Assembly (NCBI RefSeq): GCF_009914755.1
Contig: NC_060929.1
DNA: 64,000 nucleotides
Origin: the human T2T-CHM13v2.0 reference genome, Homo sapiens
Direction: 5' to 3' (one strand)
Shown: one piece after another, positions 1 to 17,498 of the stretch
Layout of the letters: every line of letters begins with the position of its first letter
Numbering within the stretch: position 1 is the first letter of the stretch
Notes under the pieces: generated by a model
Database searches by the model: none
What the model was told of the DNA's origin: nothing
What the model saw: the letters and a program-made list of their open reading frames with translations, nothing else
Translations under genes and position numbers: made by a program

Positions 1-75
1 GCAATATACCCATGTAACAACCTGCACATGAACCATCTGAATCTTAAAAAAATGGAAAAAATAAAAATAATAAAT
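1..75 (+). mobile_element. LINE-1 3' end and A-rich tail (L1PB/L1MA-like)
   Basis: CAATATACCCATGTAACAACCTGCACATG followed by an A-rich tail matches the L1 3' UTR terminus. Confidence 0.8.
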
Positions 76-89
76 ATAATGTTTTTCTG

Positions 90-461
90 TTCCTTTGATA
101 TGTAAATTTCCTCTGAGCCCCTGGCCAGTTTTACAACTTAGGAATGTCTTTTCATGGATCTGGAAGCCATGTCTTTGAAATATAATCACCAGAAAAAGAT
201 TGCACTCCCATCCCCCAGTCTCTGTGAGAAGATAGGGGCCTAACTTCTTCAATAAGCAACAATTAGCAAACTCAGATGGCCTCACTGCATTGATCAACCT
301 CCTTTCTAACATCTTCCAGTACTTGTTTTTCACTAACTCACTAACTCCTCCTGTCTTTTGTTTCAGTGGAGTTAAGTTTAGTCTTTTTCCCCTATTGCAA
401 AAGTCTTGAATAATGTCTTCTCTGCCTGTTTAATTCTGTCTGGTGCACTTTTTCTTTGACA
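90..461 (+). mobile_element. ERV1 solo-LTR fragment (MER34/MER39-like)
   Basis: Ends CCCCTATTGCAAAAGTCTTGAATAATGTC...TTTCTTTGACA, resembling MER34/39 U5; subfamily uncertain. Confidence 0.6.
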
Positions 462-499
462 TCGAGGACACTTTAGGTGTAGGCTTTATGACATGCAGG

Positions 500-725
500 T
501 TGAAAGTGTGACCAGGGAACCAGGCTGTATGGATTAGATCCTGGTGACACTGTTTATCATATAGGTGTGTTTGGGCAAGTATCGATCTCTCTGAGTCTGT
601 GTTTCATCATTTATATAACAGAAATATTAACAGTATCTATTTTATTGAGCTGTGAGAAATAATTGAGATATCCATTTATAGTGTTTAGCCAATTTAAGCT
701 TGGCTAAATAAATGTTAGCTATTAA
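500..725 (+). mobile_element. MIR SINE
   Basis: Degenerate MIR core TTGGGCAAGT...CTCTCTGAGTCTGTGTTTCATCAT and tail AAATAAATGTTAGCTATTA. Confidence 0.75.
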
Positions 726-879
726 GAACTATCGCAATATATGTTACCTGTTAATTGTAGTCACAGCATAAAAAACATATTATTTGGCCTTGGCTTTGGT
801 CCTAGCTTTCAGCATCTCTTTTTATGACTACTGGAAGAGTTTGTGATTTTCTTTTCCAGCCTGCAGCTTTGACTACTCC

Positions 880-1360
880 TTCTGATCAATCCTTAACACA
901 GTTTTTTTTCTCTAAACTACAGCTTCCATTATTTTTCCCATTCTTAGTACCCTTCAATACTTTCCCATTAATTTGAGGATAAAGTTTAAATTACATAGTA
1001 TTGCATTCACAGGGCATCCAGATATGGCCTGAGCCATTACTCCAGCTTCATTTCTAATGACCCTCCCAAATCTGGCCCCAGCCATCTCTCCAGCCTCATT
1101 TCTGGTGACTCCCAGATCTGGCCCCAGCCATGTCTCTAGACTCCAAACTTATTCCTTATAATGCTCCCACTCACATCTCTCTCAATGTACCCAGTCCCTC
1201 ATCATTCCAACTTCATCAGGGTCCTGGCAGCATTGTGTTATCTACTCAGTGGCTCACACCACTCTCTCTCTCTTTGCTGGAACATCTTTTTCTTTCTTAT
1301 TTCCCAGGTACGAAGCATCCAGTTTTTAAGATTCAGTCAAGTGTGAAATCCCCTGTGAAG
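880..1360 (+). mobile_element. L2 LINE fragment with an internal ~47-bp tandem duplication
   Basis: L2-like motifs GAGGATAAAGTTTAAA, ATCTGGCCCCAGCC, TTAAGATTCAGTCAAGTGT. Confidence 0.55.
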
Positions 1361-1669
1361 TTTTTATGTTTGTTTATTTTTCTCCTAATTTTTTCTATAT
1401 CTTAATTTTGAAATAACTTGTGCTCATGGTTTAATATTTACAAAATTCAAAGATGAAACGTGGAGATAATTTTCTTCATATTTATTTCCTTTTCCATACC
1501 CCTTCTGAAATCTCTCCCTTGTCGAGTTTCATTTTATTCTTCTTTTTATTGCATTTATAAATATTTATACAGAAAAACACACTTGGTATACATGTTTACA
1601 CAAAATTATAGTCAGACTATACATACAATTCTAAAACTTGTTTCTTTTAAAAATGTATTTTGTGAGTGA

Positions 1670-1830
1670 TATCATTTAATCCCATAACGATTCCATGAAA
1701 TAGGAAAGAGTATTATCTCCTATTTTCCAACTGAGAAAACAGGTTCAGAGAAATTAACTCTACTGCTTAAGCTCATATGGATAGTAGTAACAGGCAGAGA
1801 TGGATGAAAAATTAACCTATCTGACTCTAA
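1670..1830 (-). mobile_element. MIR SINE
   Basis: Reverse MIR core TATTATCTCCTATTTTCCAACTGAGAAAACAGGTTCAGAGAAATTAA. Confidence 0.75.
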
Positions 1831-2325
1831 ATTGCTTTATCTCAACAATGTTAATATGTGGGTAATCTCAGTAAACAAGAACTGGGCTGACAAGTTGGGA
1901 GAATCTGGAGAGGGTTGAGGGACCAAAGGTGCTGATAAGAACATCATGAAAGCTCAGCAAGAATAAGGTATGGCAGAGGTGAGATAATGGTAGGTGGTCA
2001 TCGGGAAAAGGCCAGGATTTGACGTCTTATTAGTAAAAGAGTTTGGGACCAGAGTAGGCTTAAAGAATCATTAATCTTGGTAAGAGAAGTGCAGCTGGAG
2101 GTAACTGGGAAAGATAAGGAACTTTGGAGTCTTAAACCTCACTTCTCAGAAAATGTGGTAGAGACAGGGAAAGCTGCCTGAAGTTTCCTAAAGCTGACAC
2201 CTAAGGTCTGGCCATATGGGACTGTGTGTGTTTTGCTGTTTGTGAAGTTAGAAGGAATGGCAGGAAAGGTGTTGATTGTTCTCTAGGTGATCAACCATCT
2301 GGGTTTGCCCTTTGCCCATGACATG

Positions 2326-2684
2326 TGTCTTAGACCATGAGGGTTGCTATAACAAAATATAATAAACTGGGTAACTTATAAACAATAGACATTTATTTCT
2401 CATGGCTCTGGAGGTTGGGAAGTCTCAAATCAAAGCACTGGCAATTTGATGTCTGGTGAGGGCCCTCTTCCTCATAGACAACCATCTGCTCACTCTAACC
2501 TCACATGGTGGAAGGGGTGAGGGGTCTCTCTGGGGCCTCTTTCATAAGGGTACTAATCCTTTTCATGAGAGCTCCACCCCGATGATACAATCACTCCAAA
2601 AGGCCTCACCTCCTAATATCATCACATTGCAGTGAGGATTTCAACATATGAATTTGGGGGGATATGAACATTCAGATCATAGCA
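2326..2684 (-). mobile_element. MaLR solo LTR (MLT1A/MLT1A0-like)
   Basis: TG...CA ends, 359 bp, MLT1A motifs; perfect 5-bp TSD ACATG at 2321-2325 and 2685-2689. Confidence 0.9.
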
Positions 2685-2848
2685 ACATGGGACTTTCAGT
2701 ACTAAAACTGGAAAGTACCAAACAAACAAGGATGAACTGGTCACCCTGCTTTAAAATAACATTTTGGAACTACTCTTTCTCCTGTATTTTTATCCCCTTC
2801 TCACTTAGACCTATTTGGATCCTACTCAGCTATAAAAATCCTCCTGAA

Positions 2849-3147
2849 GGCCAGGCACAGTTGGTCATGCCTGTAATCCCAGCACTTTGGGAGGCCGAAG
2901 CGGGTGGATCACTGGAGGTCAGGAGTTCGTGACCAGCCTGGACAACATGGTGAAACCCCATCTCTACTAAAAATACAAACATTAGCTAGGTGTGGTGGCA
3001 TGTGGCTGTAATCCCAGCTACTTGGGAAGCTGAGGCAGGAAAATCACTTGAACTCTGAACCCGGGAGGTGGAGGTTGCAGTGAGCTGAGATCACACCACT
3101 GCACTCCAGCCTGGGTGACAAAGTGAAACTGTCTCAAAGAAAAAAAA
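2849..3147 (+). mobile_element. Alu (AluS-like)
   Basis: Dimeric Alu with A tail; TSD AAAAATCCTCCT(G/T)AA. Confidence 0.95.
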
Positions 3148-4185
3148 TCCTCCTTAAGTGTTGATTCCATCCTCAATTCAGAATTATAATTGCTTACCTT
3201 TACTTTGATTTTACTTAACATTTAGAATTTGTGTCATTTTATCTTGAATCACAGTTATTTGTGGCATGTGCCTCTCCTCTATTAAAATTTAAACTCCTCA
3301 CCTAGAGATCATTATCTTAGCTATGCTGAACCACCACTACCACCAATGTCAAACTCTATACTTCCTATTTGGTAGATACTTAATAAATATTTACTGAACT
3401 TAACTAAAAGAAGCCTACTATTGTTATAAGTCCCTTTTCTCTTTTACTACTTTAGAGCAAGTTACAAGATTCATGGCAATTTTATATTTGCTAGATCTGA
3501 AAGGCTATATCATTTCAATCTGTTTGCATTACAAAGCCATAAAAACTTGTTCAATAATTTTATAACTATTTACTTGAATTACATTTCAAACATGACATTA
3601 CATTTAGTTCTAGGACAGAAAAATGCTGTATCATTTTAATTTAAAGCAACCAAAGTACTCTTTTGAAAATGAATATGAAGATGGAAGAATGGTTTTCAAA
3701 ATTTATTTGAAAACATGGAAACACTGTTTGTGAAACAAAATTATGTCTATTGACATTCTAATGAAAATGAGATCAAGACAGTAGCAAAGAAATGTGTTGT
3801 TGGGGAAAATCATGTGCTATATAAGATTATCAAGTTTCTGGCTTTTGTTGTGAGTGACATGTGTTTATTTATTACTTAAAATAACTAATTAAATAATAAC
3901 TAAAACATAGGCTATATATGAACCAATGATAAGACCACATTATAAACTATAGGTTATGATTAATCCTAAGCTGTACCACTAAAGTACAATAAAAAAAGTA
4001 TGGTTGTCAATAATGTAGATAAACAGAAATATATCATGTCTATATTTTTACACTGGATGTCAGCCCACTTCAACACCCATATATATGCTGAACATGTGTT
4101 ACAGACTTCAGACTTGAATTTTCTTGTTGTTGCTATTGTGGTTAAAAAAAACCTACATATCATGAAATCTACCCTCTGAAAATTT

Positions 4186-4230
4186 TAATTATAATTATAT
4201 TAAACTAATTATAATTATATTAAACTAATT
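4186..4230. repeat. 20-bp tandem duplication TAATTATAATTATATTAAAC
   Basis: Two exact copies plus a partial third. Confidence 0.9.
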
Positions 4231-5890
4231 ACAACAATATTGTTAGGTATAAGCATGGTGTTGTACAGAAGATTGCTAGAACTTTTTCATCTTGCATAAC
4301 TGAAACTTTATACCCATCGAACAATGACTCTTCACTTCCTCTTCCAGCCCAGCAACCACCATTCTACTTTCTGTTTCTGTGGGTTTGACTACTATATATG
4401 CCTTGTATAAGTGGAATCATATGTTATTTGCCTTTTTGTGATGTGTTTATTTCACTTAGCATAATGTTCTCAAGGTTCATACATGTTGTTGCATATGATA
4501 GGATTGCCTTCTTGCTTTAAGGACAATAACATTTTATTGTATGTATATGCTACATTTTCCTCATCCATTCATCTGTTGATGGACATATAGGGCATGGTGA
4601 ATAATGCTGCAATGAACATGGGTGTGCAAGTAACTTCAAAATCCAGCTTTCAGTTGTTTTAGAAATATATACCCAGAAGTGGAAATTCTGGGTCTTACGG
4701 TGGTTCTACATTTAAATTTTGGAGGAATCTTCATACTTTCTACAGTAGCTGCCCCATTTCACATTCCAACCAAGAGTGCACATCAATCCCAACTTCTCCA
4801 CATCCTCACCAATACTTGTTTTTTTTCATAATGAGTATCCCAACAGATGTGAGGTTATATGTCATTGTGGTTTTGATTTGCATTTCCCTGATGATTAGTA
4901 ATATTGAGCATCTTAACATATTTTTGTGGCCATTTTGTGTCTCCTTGGAAAATTGCATGTTTAAGTCCTTTGTCCATTTTTTAAACTATAAGGGTTTTAT
5001 TGCTATTGAGTTGTAGAAGTTCTTTATATATTTAAGATATTAACTCCTTATCAGATACTTGGTTTGTAAATATTTTTTTCTCATTCTGTAGGTTACTTTT
5101 CCATTCTGCTGATTGTTTCCTTTGCTGTACAGAAGCTTGATGTAGTTTGGTGTTGTGCCACGTCTATTTTTACTTTTTGTTGGCTGTGCTTTTGGCATTT
5201 TGTAAAAGAAATAATTGATAAGACCAGTGTCATAAAGCTTTTCCCCTTTGTTTCTTTCTAGGAGCTTTAAAGTTTCAGGTATCATATTTAAGCCTTTACT
5301 CCATTTTGAGTTGATTTTTCTGTATTGGGTTATGTAAGAAAGAGTCCAACTTTATTCTTTGGTATGTGGATATTCAGTTTTCCCAACACCATTTGTTGAA
5401 GAGACTTTTTCCCATTGCGTATTCTTGGCATACTTGTCAAATATGAGTTGACTGTATATGTATAGGTTTATTTCTGGGCTCTCTATTCTGTTCTATCAGT
5501 CTATATATCTATTTTTACTCCAGTACCACACTGTTTTAATTACTGTAGCTTTGTAATGTGCTTTGAAATTACATATTCAAGTGTGAGAATTCTAGCTTTG
5601 TTCATTCTCAAGATGGTTTGGCTATTTGAAGTCCTCTGTGGTTTCATATGAATTGTAGAATTGTTTTTACTATTTCTGTAAAACATTCCATTAAGATTTG
5701 ATAGAAATTGCATTGAATCTGTAGATCATTTTCAATAGTATGTACATTTTAACAATATTAAGTCTTCCAATTCATGAACATGGAAAGTCTCTCCATTTCT
5801 TTGTCTTTTGAAATTTCTTTCATCAATGTTTTGTGATTTTCCGTGTACAAGTCTTTCACTTCCTCAGTTAAGTTTCTGTCTTATTCTTTT

Positions 5891-6185
5891 TTTTTTACTT
5901 TGAGACAGAGTCTCGCTCTGTCGCCCAGGCTGGAGTGTGGTGGTGCAATCTCAGCTCACTCACCGCAAGCTCCACCTCCCAGGTTCATGCCATTCTCCTG
6001 CCTCAGGCTTCCAAGTAGCTGGGACTACAGGCATCTGCCACCACACCCGGCTAATTTTTTTGTATTTTTAATAGAGACAGGATTTCACGATGTGAGCCAG
6101 GATGGTCTCGATCTCCTGACCTCATGATCTGCCCACCTTGGCCTCCCAAAGTGCTGGGATTACAGGTGTGAGCCACCGCGCCCAG
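5891..6185 (-). mobile_element. Alu (AluY-like) inserted in L1MA
   Basis: GCAAGCTCC...GGTTCATGCCATTCTCC diagnostic sequence; TSD CTGTCTTATTCTTTT at 5876-5890 and 6186-6200. Confidence 0.92.
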
Positions 6186-7220
6186 CTGTCTTATTCTTTT
6201 GGATGCTCTTTTAAATGGGCTTGTTTCCTTAATTTTCTTTTTGGATAATTCATTTTTAGTGTATAGAAATACAACTCATTTTTGTATGTTGATCTTCTGT
6301 CCTGCAACTTTGCCAGATTCATTTATTAGTTCTAATAGTTTTTTATGGAGTCTTTTTTTCTACACATAAGATTATGTCATTGCAAACAGAGATAATTTTA
6401 CATCTTCCTTTCTGATTTGAATTTCTTTGATTTCTTTCTCTTGCCTAATTGCTTTCCCTAGGACTTCCAGTATTACATTGAATAGAAGTGGTAAGAATGG
6501 ACATTCTTGCTTTGTTCCCAATCTTAGAGAAAAAGATTTTAGTTTTTCATCATTGAGCATGATGTTGGCTGTGGGCTTTTCATATATGACTTTATTATGT
6601 TAAGGTAATTTCCTTCTATTTTTAGTTTATTGAGTGTTATTTGTAAAAAGTGTCGGGTGCTTCTTCTTATCTATTGAGATAATCATGTGAGTTTTATCCA
6701 TTATTCTACTAATATAGTATATCACTACATTAATTGATTTTTAAATGCTGAACCATTCTTGCATCAAAGAGATAACTCCCACTTAATCATGGTGTATGAT
6801 TCTTTTAATGTGCTATTGAATCTGTTTGCTAATGTTTTGTGGAGTATTTTTCTATTTATGTTCATTAGGGATATTGGCCTATAGTCCTCTTTTCTTGAAG
6901 TGTCTTTGTCTCATGTTACTATCAGGATAGTGTTGGCCATAAAAAATAAGTTTAAAAGTGTTCATTTCTCTTCAATTTTTGAAAGAATTTGAGAAAAATT
7001 GGTATTAACTTTCTTTAAATGTTTAGTAGATTTCACCAATGAAGCCATCTGGTTCTGGGCTTTTCCTTGTCAAGAGGTTTTGATAACTTATTCAATTTCT
7101 TACTGGTTATAACCTATAGGTCTGTTCAGATTGTCTATTTCTTTATGATTCAGTCTTGGTACATTGGGTGATAATAGAAACATCCATTTCACCTAGCTTA
7201 TCTAATTTGTTAGCATATAA

Positions 7221-7721
<501 letters not shown>

Positions 7722-8958
7722 TCAGCTTCCTGTAATGTCTCCTTTTTCATTTCTGATTTTATTTGAGTCTTTTCTCTTCTCTTTCTTGGTAATTCTGGCT
7801 AAAATTTTGTCAATTTTATCTTTTCAAAAAAACCCTCAGTTTTATCACATAATTTCTATTGTTTTTTATTTCCCATTTTGTTTATTTCTACTCTAAGCTT
7901 CTTTGTTTTTCCCCTTCTACTAAATTTTGTGGTCATTGAGGTGCAAAATTAGGTTGTTTATTTGATATCTTTCTTTTTTTAATGTAGGCATTTACTGCTA
8001 TAAACTTCTAAGTATTGCTTTTGCTGCATTCCATAGGTTTTGGTATGTTGTATTTCATTTTTGTTTTTCTCAAAATATTTTCCGATTTTGCTTTTGATTT
8101 CTTCTTTGATCCATTAGCTGTTCAAGAATATATTTTTTACTTTCCACATATTAATGAAAAATTTCCAGTTTTCTTTCTTTTGTTGATTTCTAGTTTCATT
8201 CCATTGTGGTCACAAAAATACTTTGTATTATTTCAATCTCATTAAATTTGTTAACTTATTTTGTGACCTAACATGTAATCTATCTTGAAGAATGTTCCAA
8301 GTATGCCTGAGAAGAATGTGTATTCTGCTGCTGTTGGATGATATGTTCTGTATATATCTGTTAGGTTCATTTGATCTATGTTATTTTTCAGATTTGCTGT
8401 CTCATTAATTATCTGTCTGAATATTCTATCCCTTATTGAAAGGAGGGGTATTGAAGTATTCTAATATTATTGTATTGCTGTTTCTCTCTTCAGTTATGTC
8501 AATATTTCCTTTATATATTTAGGTACTCTGATGACAGATGTATATGCTTTGTAATTGTTTTATCTCCCTGGCAATTTAACGCTTTTATGATTATATAATG
8601 TCCATCTTTGTTTCTTGTGGCAGTTTATTACTTAAGTCTATTTTGTCTGATATAAACACAGCCATCCCTGCTCCCTTTGGGTTACCATTTCCATAGAATA
8701 CCTTTTCTCCACCTTTTATCATTCAGTCTGTGTGTCTTTAAATCTAAAATTATTCTCTCATAGACAGTAAAACGTTGAGTTTTCTTGTATCCATTCAGCC
8801 ACTATGCGCCTTTTGATGGGGGAGTTTAATCTATTTACAAGTAATATTGATAGGTAAGGATTTATTATTGCCATTTTATTAATTTTTTTGTCTATTTTGT
8901 AGCTTTTTTGTCTCTCTTTTGTTATCTTCCTGGTGTTTCAATTATTATTTTGTAGTGA

Positions 8959-11415
8959 TTTGCTGCACCTATCAACCCATCACCTAGATATTCAGCCCAG
9001 CATGCCTTAGCCATTTTTCCTGATGCTCTCCCTTTTCCCGGCCCCTCCTGAGAGGCCCCAGTGTGTGTTGTTCCCCTCTCTTTGTCTATGTGTTCACATT
9101 GTTCAACTCCCACTGATAAGCGAGAACATGTGGTGTTTGGTTTTCTGTTCCTGTGTTAGTTTGCTGAGGTTAATGGCTTCCAGCTCCATCCATGTCCATA
9201 AAAAGGGACACAATCACATCCCTTTTTATGGCTGCATAGTATCCCTTGGTATATACGCACCACATGTTCTTTGTCCAGTCTATCATTGATGGGCATTTGG
9301 GTTGACTCCATGTCTTTGCTATTGTGAATAGTGCTCCAGTGAACATAATGTGTACATGTATCTTTATAACAGAATGATTTATATTCCTTTGGGTATACAC
9401 CCAGTAATGGGATTTCTGGGTCAAATGGTATTTCTGGGTCTAGAGCTTTGAGGAATCACCATACTATCTTCCACAATGGTTGAACTAATTTACGTTCCCA
9501 CCAACAGTGAAAAGCGTTCCTATTTCTCTGCAGTCTCACCAGCATCTGATGTTTCTTGACTTTTTAACAATCACCATTCTGACTGGCATGAGATAGTATC
9601 TCATTATGGTTTTAATTTGCATGTCTCTAATGATCAGTGATGTTGAGCTTTTTTTCATATGTTTGGTGGCTGCATGTATGTCTTCTTTTGAAAAGTGTCC
9701 TTTGCCCACTTTTTAATAGGGTTGCTTGTTTATTTATTGTGAATTTGCTTAAGTTCCTTGTAGATTCTGGATATTAGACCTTTGTCAGATGGATATATTG
9801 CAAAAATTTTCTTCCATTTTGTAGGTTGTCTGTTTGCTCTTATGATCATTTTCTTTGCTGTGCAGAAGCTCTTTAGTTTAATTAGATCCCATTTGTCAAT
9901 TTTTTGGTCGCAATTGTTTTTGAGGTTTTCGTTATGAAATCTTTGCCATTACCTATGTCCTGAATGGTATTGCCTAGATTTTCTTCTAGGGTTTTTACAG
10001 TTTTGGGTTTTACATTTAAGTCTTTAATTCATCTTGAATTAATTTTTGTATAAGGTATAAGGAAGGGGTCCAGTTTCAATTTTCTGCATATAACTAGCCA
10101 GTTCTCCCAGCGTCATTTCTTAAATAGGAATCCTTTCCCCATGCTTGTTTTTGTGAGATTTGTCAAAGATCAGATGGTTGTAGATATGTGGTCTCATTTC
10201 TGATTTCTCTATTCTATTCCATTAGTCTAAGTATCTGTTTTTGTACTAGTACCATGCTGTTTTATTACTGTAGCCTTGTAGTATAGTTTGAAGTCGGGTA
10301 GTGTGATGCCTCCAGCCTTGTTCTTTTTGCTTGGGATTGTCTTGGTTATTTAGGCTCATTTTTGGTTCCATATGAAATTTAAAGTATTTTTTTCTAATTC
10401 TGTGAAGAATGTCAATGGTTATTTAATGAGAATAGCATTGAATCTATAAATTGCTTTGGGCAGTATGGCCATTTTCAAGATACTGATTCTTCCTGTCCAT
10501 GAGCATGGAATATTTTTTCACCAGTTCATGTCCTCTCTGATTTCCTTGAGCAGTGGTTTGTAGCTCTCATTGAAGAGGTCCCTCACTTCTCTTGTTAGCT
10601 GTATTCCTAGGTATTTTATTCTCTTTGTAGCAATTGTAAATGGGAGTTCATTTATGATTTGGCTCTCTGCTTGGCTGTTGTTGGTGTATAGGAATGTTTG
10701 TGATTTTTGCACATCGATTTTGTATCCTGAGACTCTGCTGAAGTTGCTCATCAGCTTAAGAAGCTTTTGGGTTGAAACAATGGGGTTTTCTAGATAGAGG
10801 ATCATGTCATCTCCAAACAGAGACAATTTAACTTCTTTCTCTTCCTATTTGAATACCCTTTATTTCTTTCTCTTGCCTGATTTACCTGGCCAAAATTTCT
10901 AATACTATGTTGAATAGGAATGATGAGAGAGGGCATCCTTGTCTTCTGCTGGTTTTCAAGGGGAATGCTTCCAGCTTTTGCCCATTCAGTATGATATTGG
11001 CTGTGCATTAGTCATAAATGGCTCATTATTTTGAGGAATGTTCCTTCAATGTGCCTAATTTCTTGAGAGTTTTTAAGATAAAGCAATGTTGAATTTTATG
11101 GAAGGCCTTTTCTGCATCTATTGAGATAATTTTGTGGATTTTGTCATTGGTCCTGTTTGTGTGATGAAATCCATTAATTGATTTGCATATGTTGAACCAG
11201 TCTTGCATCCTTGGGATGAACCCAACTTGATCATGCTGAATAAGTTTCTTGATGTGCTGCTGGATTTGGTTTCCCAGTATTTTATTGAAGACTTTTGCAT
11301 TGATGTTCATCAGGGATAGTGGCCTGAAGTTTTCTTATGTTGTTGTATCTCCGCTATGTTTGGTATCAGGAACATGCTGGCCTTATAAAATCAGTCAGGG
11401 AGAAGTCCTTCATTT
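8959..11415 (-). mobile_element. L1PA8-10-like LINE-1, 3' part (3' UTR lacking its terminus, ORF2 RT and C-terminus)
   Basis: 3' UTR TTTGCTGCACCTATCAACCCATCACCTAG; RT motif [14 protein letters not shown] (10518-10826); many stops and frameshifts. Confidence 0.92.
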
Positions 11416-11416
11416 C

Positions 11417-14570
<3,154 letters not shown>

Positions 14571-15913
14571 TTATTTATTACTGCCTTAATTTTAGAACAT
14601 GTTATTGGACTATTCAGGGATTGAACTTTTTTCTGGTTTAATCTTGGGAGGGTGTATGCGTCCAGGGATCTATGCATTTCCTCTAGATTTTTCAGTTTAT
14701 TAGCATAAAGGTGTTTATAGTATTCTCTGATGGTTGTTTGCATTTCTGTGGCATCAGTGGTGATATCCCCTTTATCACTTTTTATTGTGTCTATCTTTGA
14801 TTCTTCTCTCTTTTCTTATTAATATAGCTAGCAGTCTATTTTATTAATTTTTTCTAAAAATCCAAATCCTGGATTCGTTGATTTTTTGAAGGTTTTTTTT
14901 TTTTTTATCTCTATCTCCTTCAGTTTTGTGTTGATCTTGGTTATTTCTTGTCTTCTGCTAGCTTTGGGGTTTGTTTGCTCTTGTTTCTCTGGTTCTTTTT
15001 GTTGTGATGTTAGGATGTAAATTTGAGAACTTTTTAGCTTTTTGATGTGGGCATTTAATGATATAAATTTCTCTCTTAACACTGCTTTAGCTGCATCCCT
15101 AAGAGTCTGGTATATTGTCTCTTTTTTCTCATTAGTTTTAAAGAACTTCTTAATTTCTGCCTTAATTTCATTATTTACCCAGGAGTCATTCAGGAGCAGG
15201 TTGTTCAATTTCCATGTAGTTGTGTGGTTTTGAGTAAGTTTCTTAACCTTGAGTTCTAATTTGATTGCATTGTGGTCTGAGAGACTATTATGATTTCAGT
15301 TCTTCTGCCTTTTCTAAGGAATGTTTTACTTCCAGTTATGTGATCAGTTTTAGAGTAAGTGCCATGTGGCACTTAGAAGAATGTATATTCTGTTGTTTGG
15401 GGGTGGAGAGATCTGTAGATATCTTTCAGGTCCACTTGAACCAGAGCTGAGTTCAAGTCTTGAATAGCTGTTAATTTTCTGTCTCAATGAACTGTCTACT
15501 ATTGACAATGGGGTGTTAAAGTCTCCCACTATTAGTGTGTGGGAATCTAAGTCTCTTTGTAGGTCTCTAAGAACTTGTCTTATGGAGTCCTCCTGTATTG
15601 AGTGCATATACCTTTAGGACAGTTAGCTCTTCTTGTTGAATTGAACCTTTTACCATTATGTAATCTCCATCTTTGTCTTTTTTGATCTTTGTTTAAAGTC
15701 TGTTTTGTCAGAAACCAGGATTGCAACTTGGTTCTATTCGCTTGGTAAATTTTCCTCCATCCATTTATTTGCGCCCATGTGTGTCTTTACATGTGAGATG
15801 GGTCTCTTGAATACAGCACACCAGTGGATCTTGACTCTTTATTCAGCTTGCCATTCTGTCTTTTCATTGGTACATGTAGCCCATTTACATTTAAAGTTAA
15901 TGTTTTTATGTTT

Positions 15914-16125
15914 GAATTTAATCCTGTCGTCAGGATTCTAGCTGGTCATTTTGCAGACTTGTTAATGAATTTAAACCTGTCATCATGATTCTAGCTGGTC
16001 ATTTTGCAGACTTGTTAATGAATTTAAACCTGTCATCATGATTCTAGCTGGTCATTTTGCAGACTTGTTAATGAATTTAAACCTGTCATCATGATTCTAG
16101 CTGGTCATTTTGCAGACTTGTTAAT
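15914..16125. repeat. 4 x 53-bp tandem repeat spanning the L1 inter-ORF spacer and ORF2 start
   Basis: Unit GAATTTAAACCTGTCATCATGATTCTAGCTGGTCATTTTGCAGACTTGTTAAT starting at 15914, 15967, 16020 and 16073. Confidence 0.97.
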
Positions 16126-16873
16126 GTAGTTGCTTCATAGTGACATTGGTAGGCGTACTTCAGTGTGTTTTTGTAGTGGCTGGTAACAATTTTTCCTTTC
16201 CATATTTAATGCTTCCTTCAGGAGCTCTTGCAAGATAGGGCTGATGGTGATGAATTCCCTTAGCTTTTGCTTATCTGAAAATGACTTTATTTCTCCTTTG
16301 TTTACGAAGATTAGTTTGACTGGATATGAAATTATAGGTTGGAAATTCTTTTCTTTAAGAAAGTTGACTATTGCCCTCCTGTCCCTTCTGGCTTGTAAGT
16401 TTCCTCTGAGAGGCCTGCTGTTAGTCTGATGGTGGGCTTTCCTTTGTAGGTGATCTGACCTTTCTCTCTGGCTGCCCTTAACATTTTTTTTCTTCCTTTC
16501 AACTTTGGAGAATCTGATGATTATGTGTCTTGGGGCTGATCTTCTCATGGAGTATTTTACTAGGGTTCTCTGGATTTCCTGAATTTGAATCTTGGCCTTT
16601 CTTGTTAGGTTGGGAAAGTTTTCCTGGGTGATACCCTGAAGTATGTTTTCCAACTTGGTTCCATTCTTCCCATCTCTTTCAGGTACCCCAATCAGTCATA
16701 GGTTCAGTCTTTTTACATAATCCCATAGTTCTTGAAGGTTTTGTTCATTCCCTGTCATTCTGTTTTCTCTAATCTTGTTTGCCTGTCTTATTTCAGGAAT
16801 ATAGTCTTCAAGCTCTGAGATTCTTTTCTCTGCTTGGCCTATTCAGCTGTTGATGCTCGTTGTTGCATTGTGA

Positions 16874-17498
<625 letters not shown>

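Noticed and set aside
684-708. Short hairpin TTTAGCCAA-N7-TTGGCTAAA (similar ones near 25922 and 61684)
   Set aside because: Stems of 9 bp or less are expected by chance in 64 kb of AT-rich DNA and are too short for a pre-miRNA.
15914-16125. Repeat array as a CRISPR-like locus
   Set aside because: Units are head-to-tail with no unique spacers, the sequence is L1-derived, and the context is eukaryotic.
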